From an uncultured Verrucomicrobiae bacterium (GTDB taxonomy: Bacteria > Verrucomicrobiota > Verrucomicrobiia > Chthoniobacterales > JAFAMB01): 64,000 nucleotides of DNA. The notes beneath the pieces were generated by a model. The model worked only from the letters and a program-made list of their open reading frames with translations, was not told the origin of the DNA and searched no databases. The DNA is taken from positions 4,544,001 through 4,608,000 of the forward strand of contig CAWIPH010000002.1 of NCBI GenBank assembly GCA_963837955.1, in the 5' to 3' direction. This document shows positions 38,807-48,998 of the stretch, one piece after another (position 1 is the first letter of the stretch; each line of letters opens with the position of its first letter). The translations under genes and the position numbers were made by a program.

Positions 38807-39674
38807 CGAGCTCATCCAGCACGCGCGAGAGCACCGATACGCGTTGGGCTACTTCGAGAGCTGGAATCTGGAATCTCTCCAGGGTGTTCTCGATGCGGCC
38901 GAAGCGACGCGATCACCTATCATCATCGGTTTCAACGGCGAGTTTTTGAGTCACCCCGATCGCAAATTATTTGAGCGCCTGCAGTGCTATGCCGAACTGG
39001 GGAAAGCGGGAGCTGCCTCCGCGAGTGTGCCGTGCGGATTGATTTTTAATGAATGCCCGAACGACGAGTGGGTGCGCAATGCCGTTCTCGCCGGATTCAA
39101 TCTTGTCATGCCGGCAGATCCCGCTGCCCCCTATGAAGATTACCGCCATCGAGTCGGAGCATTGACTGAGTTTGCCCATCATTACGGTGTCGCGGTGGAG
39201 GCCGAGGTTGGTCACTTACCATCCGGAACCGCTGGAACACAAAACGGGAGCCACCTGACTGATCCGGAATTGGCGGCCCGCTTTATCGAAGATACCGAAG
39301 CCGATCTGCTGGCTGTCAGCGTCGGTAACGTTCATATCATGATCAAAGGCGAGCAGGACCTTGATCTGGAACGTTTGTCTCAGATCTGCCTGCGTGTTGC
39401 TAAGCCACTCGTTTTACACGGCGGAACTGGTATCAGTGCGAGCTCTCTCCGCGAGGCCATCCACTTAGGAGTAACCAAAGTGAATTATGGTACATACCTG
39501 AAGCAACGGTACCTCCAGGCGGTGCGCACGAGTATTGCGACACACGTAGACAATCCTCATGAATTGTTCGGTATCGGTGGTGAACGTGATGTGATGATGG
39601 CGGGCCGGTTGGCCGTGCGCGATGCAGTTCTGGAGCGTATCGGATTGCTCGGCTGTTGCGGAAAGGCGAACTAG
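38787..39674 (+). CDS. Class II ketose-bisphosphate aldolase family protein
   Basis: VEAEVG, LAVSVGNVH, PLVLHGGTG, KVNYGT. Confidence 0.88.
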   Translation: MPLRPISELIQHAREHRYALGYFESWNLESLQGVLDAAEATRSPIIIGFNGEFLSHPDRKLFERLQCYAELGKAGAASASVPCGLIFNECPNDEWVRNAVLAGFNLVMPADPAAPYEDYRHRVGALTEFAHHYGVAVEAEVGHLPSGTAGTQNGSHLTDPELAARFIEDTEADLLAVSVGNVHIMIKGEQDLDLERLSQICLRVAKPLVLHGGTGISASSLREAIHLGVTKVNYGTYLKQRYLQAVRTSIATHVDNPHELFGIGGERDVMMAGRLAVRDAVLERIGLLGCCGKAN

Positions 39675-39676
39675 CC

Positions 39677-40651
39677 ATGGCTCGGATCGGTTGCGCAGGC
39701 ATTCTGGTGAAGGACATGTTTTGTGGCCCGCTCCAAGCACTTCCGCGTCCGGGAGAATTAGTGGCGGTCGATGCGATCAGAACAAAAGCGGGCGGATGCG
39801 CAGCAAATGTCGCGATCGATTTGCGGAAGCAAAACCTGACAGTCGATTTGGTCGGATGTCTTGGCCGGGATGCAGCCGGTGAGACGCTGGTGAAAGAGTT
39901 GCAAGCGGCTCGGGTCAATTGCGATCAATTGGCTTATACAACGGAATATCCAACCAGCGAAACGGTCATCCTGTTAGTGGAAGGGGAAGATCGTCGCTAC
40001 CTGCACGCTTTCGGCGCGAACCAGGCATTCACCGTCAGCCATATTGGTCGCGACTGGCTGGCTGAGCTGGATGTGTTCTACCTCGGCGGGCTCTTCGCCA
40101 TGCCGGGAATCGTAACGGATGAATTGCTTCGGCTACTAGCTTTCTGTCGCGAGCAAAAAGTGGTCACAGTTGTCGACGTGGTTCTACCCACCAACTTCAA
40201 ACGCGCCGCCGAAATGGAAAAACTCCTTCCGTATATTGATTGGTTTTTGCCGAATAATACGGAAGCAGCTGTGTTAACCGGACAGACCGACCCTTTAGAG
40301 GCGATTGGTGTTTTTCGAAATTGGGGCGCGCATGGCTTAGTGCTAACGCTGGGCGAGCGAGGAGCGGTTGGTGTCCTCGGAAATGAATGTTGGCGCTGCC
40401 ATGCTTACCCGTGGCAAGCGGTTGACCCATCCGGGGCCGGTGACGCATTTGCCAGCGGCTTAATTGCCGGAATCGTGAACGGCTGGGATTTCCCCAGGAG
40501 TTTAGTGTACGCAAGCGCACTGGGGGCATCGGCGACGCGGGCGGTCGGCACCACTGACGGCGTGCTCACAAATGTCGAGGCCGAGCAACTGATTAATGAA
40601 CAGCCGGTCACGGTGAGTCGCGAACATCTACCAAAAACAGCACCCCTATGA
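39677..40651 (+). CDS. PfkB family carbohydrate kinase
   Basis: GGCAANVA, PNNTEA, DPSGAGDAF. Confidence 0.92.
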   Translation: MARIGCAGILVKDMFCGPLQALPRPGELVAVDAIRTKAGGCAANVAIDLRKQNLTVDLVGCLGRDAAGETLVKELQAARVNCDQLAYTTEYPTSETVILLVEGEDRRYLHAFGANQAFTVSHIGRDWLAELDVFYLGGLFAMPGIVTDELLRLLAFCREQKVVTVVDVVLPTNFKRAAEMEKLLPYIDWFLPNNTEAAVLTGQTDPLEAIGVFRNWGAHGLVLTLGERGAVGVLGNECWRCHAYPWQAVDPSGAGDAFASGLIAGIVNGWDFPRSLVYASALGASATRAVGTTDGVLTNVEAEQLINEQPVTVSREHLPKTAPL

Positions 40652-41889
40652 AATTCGAACTCAAAATGCCGGATCTGTCGACGACCGGTTCGCCCATCAA
40701 GGTACTCCGCTGGCTAGTGGTGGTTGGTGAATTCGTCGAGCGCGGTCAGGCTGTACTCGAAGTCGAGACGGATAAAGCGACGATGGAGGTGGAAGCGCTC
40801 AACTCTGGTAAGCTTCTGGAACAGAGGGTGCCGGCCGGGCAGGAAACCTACGCTGGTGAAGTGCTTGCCATCATCGGCGAAGCGTCGGCACGGAGCACTG
40901 CGAGAACGAGCGCGTCCGAGCCAAACGAAGGGCCCTATGATCGCGACCTCTTGCTTCGTCTCTACCAGCGGATGCTCTTGATTCGGCAATTTGAGGATCG
41001 AGTTAAATCGCTTTTTCTCGAAGGCATCATGCCAGGTACCATCCACCAGTGTCAGGGGCAGGAAGCCACCGCGGTAGGAGTTTGTGCCGCGCTCAAAGAG
41101 AATGATTTTATTACCTCCACTTTCCGCGGTCACGGGCACGCTTTGGCCAAGGGACTTACGGTTCAAGAAATGTTAGACGAGCTTTTCGGAGCGGTCACCG
41201 GTTGTTGCAAAGGGAAGGGAGGCTCCATGCACATGGGCAATTTGGACAAGGGAATGATTCCCGGAATCGCGATTGTTGCTGGAGGGATCCCGGTCGCTAC
41301 CGGAATGGCTCTCGCCTTTAAAATGCGGAAAACGCAACAGGTTGTTGCCTGTTTCTTTGGTGACGGAGGCGTGGCCGAAGGCGCGTTCCATGAGGCTGTG
41401 AATATGGCAGCTCTCTGGAGTCTGCCGGTATTGTTTGTCTGCGAGAACAACTTGTACGGTGCTTCCACCCGCATTGATCAGGTCATGAAAAACACGACCA
41501 TTTCGGGTCGAGCGACCAGTTATGGTTTCCGCGGCGAGACTGTTGACGGCAACGATCTGCTAGCGGTCTACGAAGCGGCTGTGCGAGCAGTAGAGGAATG
41601 CCGGACTGACCAGGGGCCGGTATTGCTCGAGCTATTGACCTATCGTCGGACTGGACACTCGCGTCGCGATCCCTGCCATTACCAACCGAAGGAGGAGCGT
41701 GCGGCCTGGTCTGCTAACGACCCGATTGTCCGTTTTGCGCAAGTGCTGTTGGCCAGCGGTAAAGTTGATCAGGCCGACCTCGATCACATTCGAGAAGAAA
41801 TTGATTACGAGATCGAGTCGGCGGTCGAGCAGGCAAAAACAGCTCCACAACCGGCTCTTGATGATCTGCTCACCGACGTTTACGCCTGA
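40648..41889 (+). CDS. Lipoyl domain fused to a TPP-dependent dehydrogenase E1 alpha subunit
   Basis: N-terminal EVETDKA lipoyl motif; GQEA, GGSMH, GDG...NN TPP motif, YRRTGHS. Confidence 0.92.
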   Translation: MKFELKMPDLSTTGSPIKVLRWLVVVGEFVERGQAVLEVETDKATMEVEALNSGKLLEQRVPAGQETYAGEVLAIIGEASARSTARTSASEPNEGPYDRDLLLRLYQRMLLIRQFEDRVKSLFLEGIMPGTIHQCQGQEATAVGVCAALKENDFITSTFRGHGHALAKGLTVQEMLDELFGAVTGCCKGKGGSMHMGNLDKGMIPGIAIVAGGIPVATGMALAFKMRKTQQVVACFFGDGGVAEGAFHEAVNMAALWSLPVLFVCENNLYGASTRIDQVMKNTTISGRATSYGFRGETVDGNDLLAVYEAAVRAVEECRTDQGPVLLELLTYRRTGHSRRDPCHYQPKEERAAWSANDPIVRFAQVLLASGKVDQADLDHIREEIDYEIESAVEQAKTAPQPALDDLLTDVYA

Positions 41890-41907
41890 GAAGGGCCTCC
41901 CCAAAAC

Positions 41908-42945
41908 ATGAAACGACAAGCAATCGCTGAGGCTCTGCGTGATGGCATTGCCGAAGAAATGGAAAGAGATGAGACCGTCTTCTGTATCGGTGAAGATATC
42001 GCTGTGCCGGGTGGCTGGGGCGGCGCGTTTACCGTTACTCTCGGCCTCGAAAAAAGGTTTCCCGATCGGATGATTAACACGCCGATCGCTGAGCTTGGTT
42101 TCTTTGGAGTAGCGGTGGGTGCAGCCATGATGGGAATGAGGCCCATCGCCGATGTGCAGTATGGCGATTTTCTCTTTCTGGCGAGTGATCAGATCATCAA
42201 TAACGCGGCCAAAATGCGGTACATGTCGGGGGGCAGTTGCCAGGTGCCACTAGTGATGCGAGCGCCCGTAGGTGCTACGGGTCGGGGTTCTCAACATGCT
42301 CAAAACATGGAACGCTATTTCACCGGCGTTCCAGGGTTAAAAGTTGTGGCCGTGTCCAACGCCTACGATGCAAAAGGGATTCTAAAATCGGCCGTACGCG
42401 ACAACAATCCGGTTCTGATTTTTGAACACAAGCTGCTTTACGGTTCGAAGGGAGCACGAGTGGAATCGGGCGCGGTGGATGCCACCAGTGAAATTCCAGA
42501 CCGCGACTATGTCGTTCCGCTGGACCGCGCCGCGGTCCGCCGTTCCGGATCGGATATCACGATTTTATCCTGGTTGCTAATGCTGCACTCAGGCCTGGGT
42601 GCAGCTCAACAGTTGGCCAACGAGGGCGTGGATGTAGAAGTCATCGATGTTCGGAGCCTCGCGCCCATCGACTATCAGACCATTGGCGATTCGGTAAAAA
42701 AGACTGGCCGTGTCGTGATCGTTGAAGAAGGTCCAAAAACCGGCGGAGTGAGTGCAGAGATCGCCGCCGGTATCCAGGAGCGATTCGGCCAATATCTCAA
42801 AGCGCCGATCGCAAGAGTCGCGTCGCCAGATGTACCGGTACCATTCTCACCGATTCTTGAAAACGCTTATCGCCCCAGTGTCACCCAGATTGCGCAAGCT
42901 GTGCGCGCTGCAGTTAAGCCTCACGCAAAGATGGAGCCAGAATGA
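41908..42945 (+). CDS. TPP-dependent dehydrogenase E1 beta subunit
   Basis: GEDI, TPIAE, SQHAQ, FEHKLLY motifs. Confidence 0.93.
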   Translation: MKRQAIAEALRDGIAEEMERDETVFCIGEDIAVPGGWGGAFTVTLGLEKRFPDRMINTPIAELGFFGVAVGAAMMGMRPIADVQYGDFLFLASDQIINNAAKMRYMSGGSCQVPLVMRAPVGATGRGSQHAQNMERYFTGVPGLKVVAVSNAYDAKGILKSAVRDNNPVLIFEHKLLYGSKGARVESGAVDATSEIPDRDYVVPLDRAAVRRSGSDITILSWLLMLHSGLGAAQQLANEGVDVEVIDVRSLAPIDYQTIGDSVKKTGRVVIVEEGPKTGGVSAEIAAGIQERFGQYLKAPIARVASPDVPVPFSPILENAYRPSVTQIAQAVRAAVKPHAKMEPE

Positions 42946-43001
42946 TCTCACGCAAAGACGTAGCCGATAGCCAATAGCAAATAGCAAATAGGAATGGCCC
43001 G

Positions 43002-43910
43002 TCAGAGCGTGATGAGTTTCAATCCGATCGTTACATCATCGTGAACGAGGTGTTTGCCCAGTTTTTCGTAAAACTTCCCCGAGCCATAGAGGACATTCCA
43101 TTGAGTCCGATCGATGTCGAAATGCGCTTCGGCGGCTAGCCAGCCATCAGGCGTCATCGCGATCACGGCCTGAAACAAGATCTCGCGACTGACGCCCTTT
43201 ATGATCAGTTCTCCTGACACGTCAGAATTTGGATTACCGGCCGCTGCGTCTTCAATCGGACTGATCCGGGCGATTCTGAACTCCGCAGTCGGAAAGCGTT
43301 GGACGTCGAAGAAATCATCCGATGCCAGATGGCCGTGGAGTAAGCTGCGCATGTCCGAATCCTCAATGTCTTTGTCAGTGATCGACTGCATATCGATCGT
43401 AAAGACACCACGGATCGCGCGGCCGTTTTTCACCTCAATAGTTCCCTGCAGCAGCTTCAACGTGCCGGTATGCGAGCCGGTAAGGTTTCGGCCAGTCCAC
43501 CGAATTTCGCTTTGCAGAGTATCGATCGCGTGGCTGCCTTCGCGGAGTTCTTTCTGTTTTTCTTCTCGACGATTTCCCTCCACGGAAAATCCCGCGTCAC
43601 GCCAATCCTCGATGCCGCCGCGATAGTCATATACTTGGAGATAGCCCGCGGTTAGCAGCTTTTCCGCGGCAGTAGTGGATGCCAGATTTTTCGGCCCCGA
43701 ACCGTAGAGTATGATTGGAGTGTCCTTGTCGGGTACAAGCTCACGCATTTGGTCCAAAAATGTAACGTTGTAAACGCAGTCATTTACTGCACCCGGAAGA
43801 TGCACCTCCTCGTAGAATTCTGCGGGAAGGACATCCACGAGCAAAAATGCTCGTTTCTCGTCGAGCTTAGCCTTGATTTCATGCCGGCTAATCAGTTGGG
43901 CGGCTTTCAT
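43002..43910 (-). CDS. Rhodanese-like domain fused to a YceI-like domain
   Basis: DV......HLPGA and GGIEDW rhodanese motifs; HL.SDDFFDVQRFPTA YceI motif. Confidence 0.85.
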   Translation of the reverse strand: MKAAQLISRHEIKAKLDEKRAFLLVDVLPAEFYEEVHLPGAVNDCVYNVTFLDQMRELVPDKDTPIILYGSGPKNLASTTAAEKLLTAGYLQVYDYRGGIEDWRDAGFSVEGNRREEKQKELREGSHAIDTLQSEIRWTGRNLTGSHTGTLKLLQGTIEVKNGRAIRGVFTIDMQSITDKDIEDSDMRSLLHGHLASDDFFDVQRFPTAEFRIARISPIEDAAAGNPNSDVSGELIIKGVSREILFQAVIAMTPDGWLAAEAHFDIDRTQWNVLYGSGKFYEKLGKHLVHDDVTIGLKLITL

Positions 43911-44159
43911 TCGGATCGCAATCGTATATCATCAGGAGTGTATTGGAGAAGTTATGGGGCAGGTCGACAATTTCAATACCTCAATGAAGTGAGCCGAGAA
44001 CGCCGGGAACGAGGTTACGGTAGACGAGAGCATTGTGCCGGAAAAACAGTTGAACAGGAGGAAACGGAGGAAACAGAGAAGACTAAGCCGGACGCCTGCC
44101 GAAGTAGAGCAAATGAACCTGGAGCAGACTCGCCTGACCAAATTTGACGGGCAGGTTTT

Positions 44160-44475
44160 CAGCGGCGAAGCCGCGATTCAAGATAGCCTAGCCTGCAGGG
44201 TTAGGAACAGGCATGTATGATGGGCCAGCGCTGAAAGCGCGGCTCAGTTGAACTTGGAGCGGGCATTTTGACGATGGTTCGTACAGGCATTTGGCGCTCC
44301 TGGATTCGGTGTTTGCGACGCGCCTTCAGCACTAGGACCGCTATTTTATTCTTGTTCCTAGGGCTTCGCCCCGGGCTTCGCCCTAGGCTATCTTGAAGCG
44401 CGGCTTCCGACTTCGCAAATCCTTCACTGGCAATTCGAATTATCACCATGGGCTTCGTCGGACGCGTCGCCGCTG
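44160..44475. mobile_element. MITE/REPIN-like element, copy 1; right arm interrupted by a micro-element at 44406-44466
   Basis: Aligns to 45598-45853; long terminal inverted repeats. Confidence 0.75.
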
Positions 44476-44615
44476 AATCCCTTCATCGGGAATTCGAATT
44501 ATCACCACAGGCTGCGTCGGCCAAGGATCGCATCGAACAAGTCAGAGCGGACCGCTTTTTTTGTTTACCCAGGGTTCCGCAAGGCCTCCACCCTGGGCTG
44601 AGTCGTCTAACGCCT

Positions 44616-44674
44616 TCCGACTTCGCGAAGCATTAGCCATGTTTCGAAGATCGGAGGAAGCTTCGTCGGACAAG
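44616..44674 (+). mobile_element. Hairpin micro-element (59 bp) inserted at CGCCT|TCGGCGT
   Basis: Empty site present at ~2271-2282; related insert at 51215-51273. Confidence 0.7.
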
Positions 44675-44877
44675 TCGGCGTGGGAAACCGAAGTTCGCAT
44701 CTCGAAGTTTGAATTTGGAACGCATCGTGATGCTCTGTGATCTTCTGTGAGAGAAATAGCCGCGAAAAAGAACAAAGGGAACGCAAAAGACCAGGAGATG
44801 ATTTGAAATGGGTCTTTGTGCTCTTCGCGTTCTTTGTGGCCAATTCTCTCTCTCGCGCTCCTATAGAACGTGGCAGT

Positions 44878-45354
44878 CTAATTGGGCGTCGAGCTTGCGC
44901 CAGGCGCGGGCGCGACCCCTGATGGTGCTACAGTGCCCTGGAACTGCGTTATGCCTGCCAATATCAGACCCGACGTTTCAGGGGTTTCGATAACTCCGAA
45001 CGCGTTCTCAATGGGGCGCTTGCTAAGAAATTTGGTGAGGGTCCAAAGGTCCTTCGCGATTCCAGGAACCCGGATCAATGACATACCTGATGTTGCGTCT
45101 TCTTGGATCACCTTCACAATATCTCCCTGCAGTAGGCAGTAGGCTCGTTGGTTTTTAATCAATTGGAGCCCCGTGTCGGTGTCGTGGCTCTTCGCTATCC
45201 GCCACAGATCCTCTTTAGAAACGCAAGCGTACGGGCCATCGACCGTTACCCAGCGATATCCTTGAGCGACCAGATCATCATAATTGGCAGTCCACCCAGT
45301 TGAAGCGAACTGAACGATGAAAGCGGATACGGAGAGTATTTTCAGCACTTTCAT
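44878..45354 (-). CDS. Secreted hypothetical protein
   Basis: MKVLKILSVSAF signal peptide from ATG 45354; low-complexity Pro/Ser/Ala tail. Confidence 0.65.
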   Translation of the reverse strand: MKVLKILSVSAFIVQFASTGWTANYDDLVAQGYRWVTVDGPYACVSKEDLWRIAKSHDTDTGLQLIKNQRAYCLLQGDIVKVIQEDATSGMSLIRVPGIAKDLWTLTKFLSKRPIENAFGVIETPETSGLILAGITQFQGTVAPSGVAPAPGASSTPN

Positions 45355-45597
45355 AGTTCTCTTTCCGGCCACTAAACGGTGAGGGTCGCGTCTCAAATTC
45401 AAGCAAGGGAACACTCAGATGGGCTTCGCTTGGAGCGTGCGATCGCTTTTCAAACGATCGCTGGTTCGCCGCACCGCATCTACTGACCGCCGGATAAGTC
45501 AGATATCCAACCACTTCTTTCGACCCAGCATAGACTCATCCAAAAGATAGCGCCGGGAATGCCGGGAACGCCGACAGCGCCGACAGCGCCGGGAAAC

Positions 45598-45853
45598 GGA
45601 GCCAGCGGCGAAGCCGCGATTCAGGATAGCCTAGCCTGCAGGGCTAGGAACAGGCATGTATGATGGACAGCGCTGAAAGCGCGGCTCAGTTGAATTCGGA
45701 GCGATGCGGGCATTTTGACGATGGTCGTACAAACATTTGACGCTCCTGGATTCGGTGTTTGTCACGCGCCTTCAGCGCTAGGACCGTTCTTTTATTCTTG
45801 TTCCTAGCCCTGCAGGCTAGGCTATCCTGAATCGCGGCTTCGCCGCTGGCTCC
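45598..45853. mobile_element. MITE/REPIN-like element, copy 2 (256 bp) with perfect 55-bp terminal inverted repeats
   Basis: 45598-45652 is the exact reverse complement of 45799-45853; inner IR AGCGCTGAAAGCGCG/CGCGCCTTCAGCGCT. Confidence 0.85.
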
Positions 45854-46032
45854 CTTCACCGGCAATTCTAATTATCACCACAGGCTTCGTCGGACAAGCC
45901 GGCGTGGGGAGCGGGCTCGTCGGACAAGTCGGCGTACCCCCCACCCTTCCGTTTCCTCCGTGGCTCCTGTCAGACTCTTGGGTCTTAGCGTGAGCTACAG
46001 CCAGAAACAGATCGCACCGTCATCTAGCGGGT

Positions 46033-47160
46033 TCAGCGAATGACCTGTTCAGTTTCCGGGTCGAAGAGGGCCACTTTATCCAGGTTGAGCTGGACGGTCA
46101 CTTTTTCGTTCGTGTGGAAAAGATGTTCGCCAAGAATTCGGGCGATCACGTAGCCTGTGCCTGACTTCAGGTACACCAGCGACTCCGAACCCATCGGTTC
46201 AGCGATTTCAACAGTCATAGTGACCGGTGTGCTGGAGCCCTCCTTCGGGACATTACTGATATTCTCAGGACGAATGCCGAACACGATTTCTTTACCGACG
46301 TACTTGCTCGCGACGTTTTCGAGAGGCCCTTTGAGAGGAAATGTCAAAACGTCCTTCTCGCCGTTTTCCGCAAAATGGAGGCTACCGTTGCGCTGCTGCA
46401 CCTTGCCCTTAAGCAGGTTCATCGGCGGACTACCAATGAAGCTGGCGACAAAGAGATTGTCCGGCCGAAGATAAAGTGTCAGCGGATCAGCCACCTGCAT
46501 GATGACGCCATCTCGCATGACGCAAATGCGGTCACCCATGGTCATCGCTTCGACTTGGTCGTGGGTAACGTAGATCATTGTCGTACCCAGTTCACTGTGT
46601 AACCGGGAGATCTCCGAGCGCATCTGAACCCGCATTTTGGCGTCCAGGTTGGACAGCGGTTCGTCGAAAAGGAACACCTTAGGGTTGCGTACGATGGCGC
46701 GCCCCAGAGCAACACGCTGCCGCTGACCGCCGGAAAGAGCGTGCGGTTTGCGGTCCATCATGTGGTCGAGTTGGAGAGCTTTGGCGGTTCGGCCGACGAT
46801 GTCCGAAATGAATTGCTTGGTTTTTTTGGCTACTTCAAGGGCGTATGCCATATTTTTAAAGATCGTGAAATGGGGATAAAGCGCGTAGCTCTGGAAGACC
46901 ATCGCTATTCCCCGATCTTTGGGCTCGAGATGGTTTACTACCTGTCCTGCGATCGAAATCGTCCCGCTGGTAACTCTTTCGAGCCCGGCGATCATCCGGA
47001 GTGTCGTCGATTTTCCGCAACCGGAAGGCCCGACGAGCACCATAAACTCGCCGTCCCCGATATCTAGGTTGATATTTTTGACCGCGGTAAACGTTGGGCG
47101 TCCGCGATCGTCTAGATAGGTCTTCACCAAATCTTTAATTTGTACGGGAGCTTCGCTCAT
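46033..47160 (-). CDS. Sugar ABC transporter ATP-binding protein (MsmX/UgpC-like), orphan
   Basis: [28 protein letters not shown]. Confidence 0.95.
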   Translation of the reverse strand: MSEAPVQIKDLVKTYLDDRGRPTFTAVKNINLDIGDGEFMVLVGPSGCGKSTTLRMIAGLERVTSGTISIAGQVVNHLEPKDRGIAMVFQSYALYPHFTIFKNMAYALEVAKKTKQFISDIVGRTAKALQLDHMMDRKPHALSGGQRQRVALGRAIVRNPKVFLFDEPLSNLDAKMRVQMRSEISRLHSELGTTMIYVTHDQVEAMTMGDRICVMRDGVIMQVADPLTLYLRPDNLFVASFIGSPPMNLLKGKVQQRNGSLHFAENGEKDVLTFPLKGPLENVASKYVGKEIVFGIRPENISNVPKEGSSTPVTMTVEIAEPMGSESLVYLKSGTGYVIARILGEHLFHTNEKVTVQLNLDKVALFDPETEQVIR

Positions 47161-47335
47161 GACTTTATGTTTTGGGGGGTTATCGAGGCGGTAATCTCAG
47201 GCCAAGCGAAACGCATGACAAATAGCAAATAGCAGATCGCAGATTGCAATTGAAGTCCCGATTTTCCACTAGGACAGCCTCATTTGCTATCTGCTATTTG
47301 CCATGCGCTTCGCCTGGCCTGAGATTCTGACTTAT

Positions 47336-48373
47336 ATGCAAGAAGCACTTGTCCTGGAGCGGAAAGGTGAACTCGCTCTGAGAAAGATCGAGTTACCCGA
47401 AAAGCTTGGTCCGCACGACGTCAAAATCGCTATTCAGACCGTCGGGATCTGTGGCAGCGACGTCCATTATTATGAGTACGGCAAAATCGGCCCGTTTGTG
47501 GTCAATGCGCCAATGGTACTCGGACACGAAGCGGCCGGCATCGTCCTGGAGGTTGGAGAACAGGTAAAACATCTCAAGAAAGGCGATCGCGTTTGCATGG
47601 AACCGGGCATCCCCGATCCAAACAGCCGCGCGGCGCGCCTCGGTATTTACAATCTCGATCCAGCGGTTCGTTTTTGGGCGACACCGCCCGTTCACGGCTG
47701 TTTGACCGGCACCGTAATTCATCCTGCTGCCTATACTTTCAAGCTGCCGGACAATGTTTCCTTTGGCGAGGGCGCAATGGTCGAACCGCTCGCAGTTGGA
47801 ATGCATGCCGCGGTGAAAGCGAAAATCAAGCCGGGCGATCTCGCGGTCGTAATGGGAGCTGGTCCGATTGGTATGGTGACAGCGCTAGCGGCTTTAGCCG
47901 GTGGCTGCAGCCAAGTAATCATTACCGATGTTCAGGAACCTAAACTAGAATTAGCGAAAACGCTTGGAGCCATCGTTCCAGTCAATATCGCAAAACAGAA
48001 TCTTCGCCAGGTGATTGATGAAATGACCGATGGATGGGGCGCAGATATTGTGTTTGAGGCTTCCGGACATCCAGCAGCCATCGGCAAGGTTCATGAGCCG
48101 TTGTGTCCGGGCGGACGGATAATTTTCATCGGAATGCCCGTCAATCCCGTTCCGATCGATCTCGTTGGGTTACAGGCGAAGGAAGCATCCATCGAGACCA
48201 TCTTCCGTTACGCTCATGTCTATCCCCGTGCGTTGGCGCTGATGGGCTCGGGAAAGATCAACCTGAAGCCCCTGATCAGCCGGACATTTGATTTCCAGGA
48301 TAGCGTGAATGCATTCAATTTTGCATTGAAGATGCCCGCGGACTGCGTAAAGGCGCAGATTCGCGTCGCGTAG
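47336..48373 (+). CDS. Zn-dependent polyol dehydrogenase (sorbitol/xylitol dehydrogenase-like)
   Basis: [26 protein letters not shown]; likely start ATG 47336. Confidence 0.92.
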   Translation: MQEALVLERKGELALRKIELPEKLGPHDVKIAIQTVGICGSDVHYYEYGKIGPFVVNAPMVLGHEAAGIVLEVGEQVKHLKKGDRVCMEPGIPDPNSRAARLGIYNLDPAVRFWATPPVHGCLTGTVIHPAAYTFKLPDNVSFGEGAMVEPLAVGMHAAVKAKIKPGDLAVVMGAGPIGMVTALAALAGGCSQVIITDVQEPKLELAKTLGAIVPVNIAKQNLRQVIDEMTDGWGADIVFEASGHPAAIGKVHEPLCPGGRIIFIGMPVNPVPIDLVGLQAKEASIETIFRYAHVYPRALALMGSGKINLKPLISRTFDFQDSVNAFNFALKMPADCVKAQIRVA

Positions 48374-48998
48374 GAAGAAAAATCTCACGCAAAGACGCTA
48401 AGACGCAAAGGAGGGGAAGTGATTGGTGAATTGGTGATTGGTGAACGGTCAGCAGTGAGCGGAAACGAGCAGAAGAGCAGTAAATAGCCGCAAAAGCAGA
48501 CTTCGCCAAGATTCCAAGTTCGCTGACTTTTTTCTTAGACTTGCAACTACAGCAAAAGCTTCGTCGGCCAAGGAACACAAAGAGCACAGAGAATTCCACC
48601 GCTCGGGCGAGTCCTCGCCGGCTCGGCTGAGCTCGGTCGAACGCTCAGGTCAACCAACCTTTGCTTCCTTTGCTACCTTCTGTTCAAAAAGTCTTCCGTG
48701 GTCTTTCCGATCTTCTGTGAAGCAAGAGAGGAGCTAGGATTTAGTATTTAGGATCCAGGAGACGGTAGTCGGGCTTGACGTGATTTCTGCGCAACTGTCC
48801 CACCGTAGCTCGCAGACCACCCTTTCGCTTTTCAAACTACGGCGTGTCCGTGGTTGCTGAATTCCGCCAGCTCGGCAAGCCCTACCGTGGGCTGTGTTCC
48901 GTCCACCAATCACCAATCACTTCCTCTTCTTTGCGTCTTGGCGTCTTTGCGTGAGATCTCCTTCCGTTCACCCTTCGCGTGAAATGTAATAGCCCTGG

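Noticed and set aside
44160..45853. Autonomous IS element
   Set aside because: No transposase-like ORF (HUH or DDE motifs) lies within or between the inverted repeats.
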